This document shows positions 55,387-64,000 of a stretch of 64,000 nucleotides of DNA, in pieces. A program made the position numbers and the translations under genes. A model generated the notes under the pieces. That model saw only the letters and a list, made by a program, of their open reading frames with translations, had not been told where the DNA came from and did not search any database. Source of the stretch: an uncultured delta proteobacterium (GTDB lineage: Bacteria; Myxococcota_A; Polyangia; Fen-1088); the NCBI GenBank assembly GCA_963767925.1, contig CAVYGB010000002.1, forward strand, positions 928,001-992,000. Reading direction: 5' to 3'. Positions within the stretch are counted from its first letter, which is position 1. Each line of letters starts with the position of its first letter.

Positions 55387-56715
55387 GTGACCCAGACAGC
55401 TCTCGCTCGCAAGGTCGTTCAAAGCTCGGGACCGAGCATCGTGGCGCTCGCGGGCGCGTTGCTGTTCAGTCCCGCCGCCCGGGCCCAGGTTCCCCCTGTC
55501 GGATCGGGACCCGCGCCCGCCACGCACCCCGGCGCCGGCGACTCGGCCGACGAACGGGGCCTCGCCGTCAAGAGCGGCGACAGCGCCTTCGTGTACCGCG
55601 TGCGCGGCGTCCTGCAGGTCGATGGCCGGTGGTACCTGGGGGACGCCCGGCTCGACGACCGCGACACCCTGTTGATCCGCCGGGCCCGTCCCATCCTCGA
55701 GGCCACCGTCCTGGGCATCATCGACTTCCGCCTGATGCCCGACTTCGCCGAGGGCCGGGCCGCGGTCTTCGACGCTTACCTCGACGCCCGGGTGCACCCC
55801 TGGCTCAAGCTGCGCGCCGGCAAGTTCAAGCCTCCGATCGGCCTCGAACGCCTGCAATCCGACCCCGATCTGCCCTTCATGGAGCGGGCTTTGACCTCGA
55901 ACCTGTCCCCCGTGCGCGATGTCGGCGCCCAGCTCTTCGGCGACGTCCTGGGCGGGTTCCTCAGCTACACCGTCGGCGTCTTCAACGGCGCGCCCGACAA
56001 CACCAACGGCGACACCGACGCCAACCACGGCAAGGACTTCGCCGGGCGCCTCTTCCTGAAGCCGTTCAGCCTCGGCGGACCCTCGCCGCTGGGGCTGCTG
56101 GGCATCGGGCTGGCCGCCAGCACCGGCGCCCAGCGCGCAACGACCAGCGCCCCTGGCCTGCCCACTTTCCGCACCGGCGGCCAGCTCGCATTTTTCAGCT
56201 ACCTCACCAGCTCGACCGACCCCGACGCCACCGCGTACGCGTTCGGCCGGCGCAGCCGGCTCAACCCGCATCTCTATTACTACCTGGGGCGGCTGGGCCT
56301 GCTGGCCGAATACGTCGCCTCCCGCGAGACCGTCCAGCTCGGCGACACCCAGCAGACCCTCACCCACGTCGCCTGGCACGCCACCTTATCGGTCGCCCTC
56401 GGCGGCAAGGTCGCCTACGACGGCGTCACCCCCCAGGCCAGCCTGAACCCCGAGCGCCGCACCTGGGGCGCGCTCGAGCTGGCCGCCCGCCTCGGCGCCC
56501 TCTCGCTCGACGAGCAGACCTTCCCCCTCTTCGCCGACCCCACCCGCTCCCCCCGCAAGGCCACCGCCGTGGCCGCCGCCCTCAACTGGTACCTCGGCCG
56601 CAACGCCCGCCTCAACCTCGACTTCGAACGCACCTGGTTCGAAGGCGGCGCCCCCGCCCTCGGCGACCGCGCCGCCGAAAACGCGCTGCTCACCCGCATG
56701 CAGGTGACGTTCTGA
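55387..56715 (+). CDS. OprO/OprP-type phosphate-selective porin
   Basis: QVDGR, IRRARP, PDF, GKFKPPIGLERLQS, FMER, GALELAAR, LNWY; terminal F. Confidence 0.88.
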   Translation: MTQTALARKVVQSSGPSIVALAGALLFSPAARAQVPPVGSGPAPATHPGAGDSADERGLAVKSGDSAFVYRVRGVLQVDGRWYLGDARLDDRDTLLIRRARPILEATVLGIIDFRLMPDFAEGRAAVFDAYLDARVHPWLKLRAGKFKPPIGLERLQSDPDLPFMERALTSNLSPVRDVGAQLFGDVLGGFLSYTVGVFNGAPDNTNGDTDANHGKDFAGRLFLKPFSLGGPSPLGLLGIGLAASTGAQRATTSAPGLPTFRTGGQLAFFSYLTSSTDPDATAYAFGRRSRLNPHLYYYLGRLGLLAEYVASRETVQLGDTQQTLTHVAWHATLSVALGGKVAYDGVTPQASLNPERRTWGALELAARLGALSLDEQTFPLFADPTRSPRKATAVAAALNWYLGRNARLNLDFERTWFEGGAPALGDRAAENALLTRMQVTF

Positions 56716-56742
56716 GGGGATGGGCGGGCGCGCGCTGGCGCG

Positions 56743-56767
56743 GGTAATGATTGCGATTATCATCTTC
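56743..56767. promoter_or_regulatory. Fur-box-like site
   Basis: GGTAATGATTGCGATTATC matches 14/19 of GATAATGATAATCATTATC; an overlapping 14/19 match lies on the minus strand. Confidence 0.6.
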
Positions 56768-56770
56768 AAT

Positions 56771-56926
56771 ATGACGTCGAGCCGGCGGCCGCGGGTCTTG
56801 ATCTCCGGGGTCGGGGTCGGGGTGGCGGGGCGGCCGGCGATCTGGCTGCGCAACCAGGCGTTCCGGCTGCTGCCGCTGTTCGCTCGGCTGGGCTTCGCGG
56901 GCAAGCTGGAACGCGCCTCCGGTTGA
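56771..56926 (+). pseudogene. 51-aa minigene joining the apparent N- and C-termini of an FAD-dependent monooxygenase
   Basis: RVLISGVGVGVAG (Rossmann-like start) runs directly into IWLRNQAFRLLP. Confidence 0.5.
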
Positions 56927-56984
56927 GGCCAGGACTCCGGGGAGGCTTCACACGCGCCACCTTCCCGACGCGCCTCGCCCGAGT

Positions 56985-57162
56985 CCGGACCCCTCACCCC
57001 ACCCTCTCCCCGCTGCCGCGGGGCGAGGGCGAACGGACAACGGTGAGCCGAGATCCCCGGGCAATTCGCCGCATGGCCGGATCGGGACGTGATCGGGGCG
57101 CCTGGCTGATTGTTCGCCCTCGCCCCGCGGCAGCGGGGAGAGGGTGGGGGTGAGGGGCTCCG
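56985..57162. repeat. Inverted pair of REP-like palindromes
   Basis: CCCCTCACCCCACCCTCTCCCCGCTGCCGCGGGGCGAGGGCGAAC and its reverse complement at ~57112-57157. Confidence 0.88.
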
Positions 57163-57292
57163 GCGAGGCGTTGCAACGCATTGCTCAGCAGGCGTTCTCT
57201 CCGCTCGGTACTTCCGCCGCGCCGCCCCCCCGAAAGGCGCGGCTGCTGTTAAGCTGGCCGGCGTAGCCCGCTCTTCACCGACGGCCGCGGCA

Positions 57293-59734
57293 ATGAGCCC
57301 ATCCCTCGAAGCAGCGAACGGCGCGGCCCGCGTGGCCGCGGCCGGATCCAGGCCAGCGCTGCGTCTGGCGCTCGCGCTCCTGGCCGCGCTCGCGGCGGGG
57401 GGCACGGCTTGCGGGGCGACCGGCTCGCGCGGATCGCACCCGAGCGCGGCGGCGGCCACGCCGGCCCAGCTGGTCGAGCGGTATTGCCTGGACTGCCACA
57501 GCGACGGCTCGCGCAAGGGCGAGCTCAGCCTCGCGGGCGTCGACCTCACCGCGCCGGCCACCGCCCCCGAGCTGCGCGAGCGGGTGGTCCGCAAGCTCCG
57601 CCACCGGCAGATGCCCCCCCTCGGCGAGGAGCGGCCCGACGAGGCCACCTACGAGGCGGTGACCGCCCAGCTCGAGGCGGCGCTGGATCGCGAGGCCCTG
57701 GCCCACCCCCGGCCCGGCCGGTCGGAGGCCTTCCGGCGCCTCACCCGCACCGAATACCAGAACGCGATCCGCGACCTGCTCGCGCTCGACATCGACGCCA
57801 CCGCCCTGCTGCCCCACGACGAGCCGAGCCACGGGTTCGACAACGTCACCGTCGGCACCTTGTCGCCCACGTTGCTCGAACGGTACGTCACGGCGGCCCA
57901 GAAGATCGCCCGCCTCGCCGTCGGGGTGCCCCGCAAGACCCCCACCGGCGAGACCTTCCGCGTGCCCCCCGACCTCACGCAGGAGGAGCACGTCGAGGGG
58001 CTGCCCCTCGGCACCCGGGGCGGCGCCGCCTTCCCCCACGTCTTCCCCCAGGACGGCCAGTACGAGGTCCAGGTGCGCCTGACCCGCGACCGCAACGAGC
58101 ACGTCGAGGGGCTGAAGAAGCCCCACGAGATCGAGGTGCTGATCGATCGCCAGCCCGTCGCCCGCTTCACGGTCCAGCCGCCCGGCGCCGACAAGAACCA
58201 CGAGGCGGTCGACGCCCACCTGCAGGTGCGGGTGCCCGTCGCGGCGGGGCCCCACCTGGTCGCCGCGACCTTCCCCAAGGATCCGTCGCTGCTGCTCGAG
58301 AGCGAGCGCCAGCCGTTCATCGCCCGCTTCAACATGCACCGGCACCCCCGCACGGCGCCGGCCCTGTACCAGCTCTCGGTCACCGGCCCCTTCGACGCCA
58401 GCGGCCCCGGCGACACCCCCAGCCGCCGTCGGATCTTCGGCGACACGCCCGCCCCACCGCGGACCACCTCGCGCGCCGGGCAGGAGGCCCGCGCGCGGCT
58501 CATCCTCGCCCCCCTGGTGCGGCGGGCCTTCCGGCGCCCGGTCAGCGAGGGGGACCTGCGCAGGCCGCTGGCCTTCTTCCGCGCGGGCAGCGCCGGCGGC
58601 GCGGGCTTCGACGCCGGCATCGAGAGCGCGCTCGCCGCCATCCTGGTCAGCCCGCGCTTCCTCATCCGCACCGAGGCCGAGCCCCCCGGAGCCGCCCGGG
58701 GCGCCGCCGCTCCCCTGAGCGACCTCGAGCTGGCCGCGCGGCTGTCGTTCTTTCTCTGGAGCAGCCTGCCCGACGATGCCCTGATCGAGGCCGCCACGCG
58801 GGGCGACCTCCGCCAGCCGCACCTGCGCGAGCGGCAGGTCCGCCGCATGCTCGCGGACCGCCGCTCGGACAGCCTGGTCAGCAACTTCGCCAGCCAGTGG
58901 CTGCAGCTTCGCAAGCTCGACGCCATCACGCCCGACGCGCGCCTCTTCCCGAACTTCGACGACAACCTCCGCCAGGCGCTGCGGCGCGAGACCGAGCTGT
59001 TCTTCGAGAGCGTGCTGCGCGAGGACCGCAGCGTCGCCGACCTCGTGTGCGCGGACTACTCCTTCTTGAACGAGCGCCTCGCCCGCCACTACGGCGTTTC
59101 CCACGTGCAGGGCAGCCGCTTTCGCCGGGTGTCGTTCGCCGGCGATCCCGAGCGCCAGCGGGGCGGGCTCCTGCGCCAGGGGAGCATCCTCACCATCAGC
59201 TCCTACGCCACCCGCACCTCGCCGGTGATCCGGGGCCACTTCATCCTGGCCAACCTCCTCGGCGAGCCGCCCCCGCCCCCGCCCCCCGACGTCCCGGCGC
59301 TGGAGGAGGGCACCGTCTCGACGACTCTGCCCATGCGCGAGCGCCTGGCCGCCCACCGGGCCAACCCCACCTGCGCGCACTGCCACCGGCTCATGGATCC
59401 GGTCGGGTTCTCGCTGGAGAACTTCGACGCCGTCGGCCGCTGGCGGACCGCCGAGGATCGCCGCCCGATCGACGCCTCGGGTGGGCTGCCCGACGGCAGC
59501 ACCTTCGCCGGGGTGGCCGGGCTGGAGCGGGGCCTGTGCCGGCGGCCCGAGCTGCTGGCCGCCACGGTCACCGAGAAGCTCCTGACCTACGCCCTCGGGC
59601 GGGGCGTCGAGCCCCACGACGGCCCCGCCATCCGTGCGATAATCCGGCGGGCGAAGGCCGACGGCTACCGATTGTCCACGCTCATGCTGGGCGTGGTCGA
59701 CAGCGTTCCCTTTCAGATGAGGACAGCGCCATGA
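57293..59734 (+). CDS. DUF1587/1595/1592/1588/1585 diheme cytochrome c-type protein
   Basis: CLDCH..MPP, RRLTRTEYQN, GFDN, LSFFLWSSLPD, TSPVIRG, CAHCH, GFSLENFD, YALGR. Confidence 0.88.
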   Translation: MSPSLEAANGAARVAAAGSRPALRLALALLAALAAGGTACGATGSRGSHPSAAAATPAQLVERYCLDCHSDGSRKGELSLAGVDLTAPATAPELRERVVRKLRHRQMPPLGEERPDEATYEAVTAQLEAALDREALAHPRPGRSEAFRRLTRTEYQNAIRDLLALDIDATALLPHDEPSHGFDNVTVGTLSPTLLERYVTAAQKIARLAVGVPRKTPTGETFRVPPDLTQEEHVEGLPLGTRGGAAFPHVFPQDGQYEVQVRLTRDRNEHVEGLKKPHEIEVLIDRQPVARFTVQPPGADKNHEAVDAHLQVRVPVAAGPHLVAATFPKDPSLLLESERQPFIARFNMHRHPRTAPALYQLSVTGPFDASGPGDTPSRRRIFGDTPAPPRTTSRAGQEARARLILAPLVRRAFRRPVSEGDLRRPLAFFRAGSAGGAGFDAGIESALAAILVSPRFLIRTEAEPPGAARGAAAPLSDLELAARLSFFLWSSLPDDALIEAATRGDLRQPHLRERQVRRMLADRRSDSLVSNFASQWLQLRKLDAITPDARLFPNFDDNLRQALRRETELFFESVLREDRSVADLVCADYSFLNERLARHYGVSHVQGSRFRRVSFAGDPERQRGGLLRQGSILTISSYATRTSPVIRGHFILANLLGEPPPPPPPDVPALEEGTVSTTLPMRERLAAHRANPTCAHCHRLMDPVGFSLENFDAVGRWRTAEDRRPIDASGGLPDGSTFAGVAGLERGLCRRPELLAATVTEKLLTYALGRGVEPHDGPAIRAIIRRAKADGYRLSTLMLGVVDSVPFQMRTAP

Positions 59735-61080
59735 TCATCCGGAAGAAAGCTCTCTCCCGTCGAACCGTGCTGCGCGGCCTGGGCGCGTCGGTCGCCCTCC
59801 CCCTGCTGGACGCCATGGTCCCCGCCGCCAGCGCGACGGCCCGCCCCGCCGCCCGGCGCCCGCCCCGGCTGGCCTACGTCTTCATGCCCATGGGCTGCGA
59901 TCAGTCGCGCTGGACGCCGCCCGGCAGCGACGGCAAGCTCGGGGCGCTCTCGCCCATCCTCGCCTCGCTGGCCCCGGTCAAGCGGCACGTCACCGTCCTC
60001 ACCAACCTCGAGCTGCGCAACGCCTATCCCGGCTCCCACGCCACCTCGAACTCCTCGTTCCTCAGCGCCGCCAAGGCCAAGCACACCGAGAGCTCCGACT
60101 ATTACCTCGGCACCACCGCCGACCAGATCGCCGCCCAGCAGATCGGGCGCCAGACGCAGCTCCCCTCGCTCGAGCTGTCGATGGACATGATGCAGACCAC
60201 CGGCCAGTGCGACAACGGCTACGCCTGCGTCTACCAGAACAACCTGTCCTGGTCCTCGCCGACCACCCCCCTGCCCTCCGAGGCGCACCCGCGCATCGTC
60301 TTCGAGCGGCTGTTCGGTGAGGGCGGCAGCGTCGCCGAGCGCCGCGCGGCCCTGCGCAAGCGGGCCAGCCTCCTCGACGCCATCAGCGAGGACTTCGCCA
60401 CCCTGAAGGCCGACCTGGGCGCCGCCGACCGCGGCCGCCTGGGCGAATACCTCGAGGCGGTTCGCCAGGTCGAGCGCCGCATCCAGAAGGCCGACGCGGA
60501 TCTGGCCCGGGGCGCGGTCCCCGTCGATCTCGCGCGTCCCCTCGGCGCACCCGCCGCCTACGCCGACCACGCCCGCCTGATGTTCGACCTGCAGGTGCTC
60601 GCCCTGCAGGGGGAGATCACGCGCGTCACCAGCTTCCAGCTCGCCCGGGAGACCAGCAACCGCACCTACCCCGAGACGGGCGTCTCCGATCCCCATCACC
60701 CGCTGTCCCACCACGGCAACGACCCCGGCAAGATCGCCCGGCTGGCGAAGATCAACGCCTTTCACGTCTCGCTCTTCGCCTACTTCCTGGAACGCCTGCA
60801 GGCCACGCCCGACGGCGGCGGCTCCCTGCTGGACAGCAGCCTCGTCCTCTACGGCAGCGGCATCGGCAACCCCAACGTCCACGACCACACCAACCTCCCC
60901 ATCCTGGTCGCCGGCGGCGCCGCCAGCGGGATGAAGGGCGGCCGCCACCTCCGCTACGCCGCGCCCGTCCCCCTGGCCAATCTGCACCTGACGCTCCTGC
61001 AGAAGGCGGGCGTCCGCATCGACGCCTTCGCCGACAGCACCGGCGTGATCGACGGCCTGTTCCTCCCGCGGGCCGGATGA
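59731..61080 (+). CDS. DUF1552 (HxxSHH) protein with a Tat leader
   Basis: LSRRTVLRGLG..LPLLDAM, ADQIAA, PSLEL, HHPLSHH, SLLD; ATGA overlap. Confidence 0.9.
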   Translation: MIIRKKALSRRTVLRGLGASVALPLLDAMVPAASATARPAARRPPRLAYVFMPMGCDQSRWTPPGSDGKLGALSPILASLAPVKRHVTVLTNLELRNAYPGSHATSNSSFLSAAKAKHTESSDYYLGTTADQIAAQQIGRQTQLPSLELSMDMMQTTGQCDNGYACVYQNNLSWSSPTTPLPSEAHPRIVFERLFGEGGSVAERRAALRKRASLLDAISEDFATLKADLGAADRGRLGEYLEAVRQVERRIQKADADLARGAVPVDLARPLGAPAAYADHARLMFDLQVLALQGEITRVTSFQLARETSNRTYPETGVSDPHHPLSHHGNDPGKIARLAKINAFHVSLFAYFLERLQATPDGGGSLLDSSLVLYGSGIGNPNVHDHTNLPILVAGGAASGMKGGRHLRYAAPVPLANLHLTLLQKAGVRIDAFADSTGVIDGLFLPRAG

Positions 61081-62714
61081 AGCCGGCCCGCGCCTTCGCG
61101 GCCAGCGCCGTCGTCGTCCTCGTCTTGTCGGCGGCCACCCCGGTGGCCGTCGCCGGCGAACGGGGTGAGCCGCGGAACGCCAGACAGACCCCTCACCCCT
61201 CCCTCTCCCCGCTGCCGCGGGGCGAAGGCGAACAAGCAGCCAGGCGCTCCGATCATCTCGCGAGCGGGGGATCCAGGGCTGCGCCGGGAGCGCCCCTGGT
61301 GGACGCGGTCGAGCGGAAGGACCTGGCGGCGGTGGGCGCGCTGATCGGGCGCAGCGACGTCAACGCCGCCGGCCCCGACGGCATGACCGCCTTGCACTGG
61401 GCGGCCCACCACGACGACGTCGCCCTGGCCCGGCGCCTGCTCGCCGCCGGGGCCCGCGCGGGGGCCCGCACCCGCTACGGCGTCACCCCGCTGTCGCTCG
61501 CCTGCACCAGCGGCGACTCCGCGCTCGTCGAGCTGCTGCTCGCCGCCGGCGCCGACCCCAACGCCCCTTTGCGCGGGGGCGAGACCCCGCTGATGACGGC
61601 TGCCCGCACCGGGCGGCTCGGCCCGGTGCAGGCCCTCCTCGCCCGCCGGGCCGACGTCAACGCCCGGCTGCCCGGCGGCCAGACCGCCCTCATGTGGGCG
61701 GCAGCCGAAGGCCACGCGCCCGTCGTCCGGGCCCTGCTGGCCGCCGGCGCCGACTTCCGCACCCCCCTGCCCAGCGGCTTTACCCCGATGCTCTTCGCCG
61801 TGCGCGGGGGCCACACCCCCGTGGTGCGCCTGCTCCGCGAGGCCGGCGTCGACCTCCGGGAGGCGGTTCGCGCCGGCAACAATCCCCCCAAGTTCCTCCG
61901 GAACGGGGCCAGCGCCCTCACCACCGCCATCGAGAACGCCCACTTCGAGCTGGCCGCCTGGCTGCTCGACCTGGGCGCCGACCCCAACGACCTGCGCTCC
62001 GGCTACACGCCCCTGCACATCCTGTCCTGGATCCGGAAGCCGGATCGAGGCGAGGACATCGGCGATCCGGTCCCCGAGGGCAGCGGCGCCCTCAGCAGCG
62101 AGCAGCTCATTCGCAAGCTGATCGCGAAAGGCGCCAACGTCAACGCCCGCCTTCCGGGCGGCCCCTCGGGCGGTGGCCGCATCGCGCGCCAGGGCGCGAC
62201 CCCGCTGATGATGGCCGCCGACACGGCCGACACCGCCTTCATGCGCCTGCTCGTCGCGGCCGGCGCCGACCCCACCGTCCCCAACGTCGACGGCTGCACC
62301 CCCTTGATGGCGGCAGCCGGCCTGGGCACCCGCGCCGCCGAGGAGGAGGCCGGCACCGACGAGGAGTCGGTGGAAGCCGTCACCTACCTGCTGAGCCTCG
62401 GCGCCAACATCGACGCCGTCGCCGACACCGGCGACACCGCCATGCACGGCGCCGCCTTCGCCAACTTCCCGAAGGTGGTGGCCCTGCTCGCCGCCCGCGG
62501 CGCGAAGATCGCCGTCTGGAACCGCAAGAACAAGCGCGGCTGGACCCCCCTGCTCATCGCCGAGGGCCATCGCTACGGCAACTTCAAGCCGTCGTTCGAG
62601 ACCATCGCGGCGATCAAGAAGGTGATGGTCGCGGCTGGCGTTGACCCGCCGGCGGCTCCGCTGGCGCCCGCGCCCCGTAACCCTGCCGGTCCCCAGGCCG
62701 CCGTCAGCCCGTAA
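61077..62714 (+). CDS. Secreted ankyrin-repeat protein
   Basis: Signal peptide and many G.T(A/P)L..A repeats; ATGA overlap. Confidence 0.92.
   Translation: MKPARAFAASAVVVLVLSAATPVAVAGERGEPRNARQTPHPSLSPLPRGEGEQAARRSDHLASGGSRAAPGAPLVDAVERKDLAAVGALIGRSDVNAAGPDGMTALHWAAHHDDVALARRLLAAGARAGARTRYGVTPLSLACTSGDSALVELLLAAGADPNAPLRGGETPLMTAARTGRLGPVQALLARRADVNARLPGGQTALMWAAAEGHAPVVRALLAAGADFRTPLPSGFTPMLFAVRGGHTPVVRLLREAGVDLREAVRAGNNPPKFLRNGASALTTAIENAHFELAAWLLDLGADPNDLRSGYTPLHILSWIRKPDRGEDIGDPVPEGSGALSSEQLIRKLIAKGANVNARLPGGPSGGGRIARQGATPLMMAADTADTAFMRLLVAAGADPTVPNVDGCTPLMAAAGLGTRAAEEEAGTDEESVEAVTYLLSLGANIDAVADTGDTAMHGAAFANFPKVVALLAARGAKIAVWNRKNKRGWTPLLIAEGHRYGNFKPSFETIAAIKKVMVAAGVDPPAAPLAPAPRNPAGPQAAVSP
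61187..61267 (+). repeat. REP-like copy translated in frame within the ankyrin gene
   Basis: Encodes TPHPSLSPLPRGEGEQAARRSDH; closely matches the reverse complement of ~57080-57157. Confidence 0.85.
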
Positions 62715-63009
62715 CACCCGCGCCTGGCTACCGCCGTCCTGGTCCGCAGGGAAGCGGTACGAGAGCGTAGTGCCGGAAGGCCCGATCTCGCAGAGCGGTC
62801 GAAGAGTGCTTCCCGGATCAGTCAGCCTCACTCCCCCTCAGGGACATAGGGTAATTTAACTTTGTTCTATAGAGTCATAAATAAACCATGCTAAAAGACA
62901 CGAACCGTCTCACTTCTCTGCCCAGACCAGGACGCCGCTGGGTCCGCGACGGAGCCTCGGGCGCCTTCTTCAGAGAGGTTCCGGTCTACTTCAAGCTGCG
63001 CGGGCCCCG

Positions 63010-63882
63010 ATGACCCTGCCGATCCCCCGCGCCACCCTTACCGTCGCGGCGGTTCTGGTGCTCAGCCTGACCCTCAACGTGTGGTTCCTGATCCGCGCCG
63101 GAGCGAGGGCGGAGGAGCCGATCGACGGAGTCCCCCGGGACGATCCCTGCCTCGTCCCGGAGCAGCCGCCCCCGCTCGCCCGGACGGTCCTTCGTCAATC
63201 GGCGCAGCCGAGCCCGTGCGCCAGTCGCCTCGGCCAGGTGGAAGAACGGTTGGCCAGCTTACGCGCGTTGGCCGCGCAGAACCGGGTCGTCGATGAGATC
63301 CTGCGAGACAGCCCTCCGAACCCGGTCGCGACCAAGCAGCTCGAGGAGGCGACCCAACGCATCCTTGGAATCGACGGTGGGACGAAAGTACCGTTCCAGA
63401 GCGAATGCCGGGATATGGCCTGCACGGTGACGCCGCTGCGAGAGGAAGACGTCACGCCGGCCTGGATAAGCACCTTCCAGGCCAGCGAATGGTTCCGGAA
63501 TCACACGGATGGCCAGGTCATCAGCTCGCCCCGACGCCTCGCCTTCAAGCTGGCGCCCGAAGAGGTGGCCAGGCTCAAGGCGAATCTGCGCGCCCTCCTG
63601 CTCTCGTTTCGCCATAGCGGCTCCATCCAGCAGTGTCAGAGCCGGTTTCCACACGAGCCCGGGACCCTCGCCGCGACAATCGGGGTGGGTGGCGCCGAGC
63701 GCGACGCCTTGCCGGGAACCGACTCGGTCTGGGCCGAGCTGGAAGGAGATCTCATCGCCCACGAGGTCGCCTCCTGTGCCCGCGAGGCGCTCGCCAGAAC
63801 GCTGGAACGCTCGAGTCTACGAGCGATCCCCTCCCGCGAGGTGTCTGCCAGCAGTGTCCTGATCGCCCGACAGCCGCGCTAG
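63010..63882 (+). CDS. Hypothetical membrane-anchored Cys-containing protein
   Basis: N-terminal TM, ECRDMACTV; lower GC than neighbouring genes; AT-rich upstream region. Confidence 0.6.
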   Translation: MTLPIPRATLTVAAVLVLSLTLNVWFLIRAGARAEEPIDGVPRDDPCLVPEQPPPLARTVLRQSAQPSPCASRLGQVEERLASLRALAAQNRVVDEILRDSPPNPVATKQLEEATQRILGIDGGTKVPFQSECRDMACTVTPLREEDVTPAWISTFQASEWFRNHTDGQVISSPRRLAFKLAPEEVARLKANLRALLLSFRHSGSIQQCQSRFPHEPGTLAATIGVGGAERDALPGTDSVWAELEGDLIAHEVASCAREALARTLERSSLRAIPSREVSASSVLIARQPR

Positions 63883-64000
63883 CGGCGCGCGTTGGAGGGC
63901 ATGCCCGGCGTCCGTGAAGACGTCTCCGGGTGATTCCCGGGCGAGGGGAAGGGCACGGAAACGTAGACGCGCGGCCCCTACCGACTCGAACAGGGCGATA

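Noticed and set aside
56985..57162. CRISPR array or attC sites
   Set aside because: Repeats are inverted and dispersed with no regular spacers; no cas or integron integrase gene in the window.

Overview
Very GC-rich bacterial chromosome segment, most like Myxococcota/Polyangia by gene style (inference). It holds about 45 intact or near-intact genes: an MntA-HepT toxin-antitoxin pair back-to-back with a second nucleotidyltransferase and small partner, a DUF5916 outer-membrane protein, peroxiredoxin, M1 aminopeptidase, tartrate dehydrogenase with a DASS transporter, a D-aminoacylase-like protein, ppk1, three histidine kinases, an extracellular nuclease, an alpha-hydroxy-acid oxidase, an ABC-2 transporter, an OtsA-OtsB fusion, MscS, a NemR-like TetR, a CPA1 antiporter, an extended ECF sigma factor, the full pha/mrp operon, an OprO/P porin and a DUF1592-DUF1552-ankyrin operon. 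Non-coding structure includes a dispersed palindromic REP-like family (one copy translated in frame inside the ankyrin gene), a 609-bp internally deleted IS5 element with intact ends, hexamer and G-rich heptamer tandem repeats, and sigma54, NemR-box and Fur-box-like sites. Several gene remnants are present, including minigenes that appear to keep both gene ends but lack the middle. About six single-base frameshifts are most likely long-read errors. No rRNA, tRNA or CRISPR array was seen. All family calls come from motif recognition by eye, not database searches.
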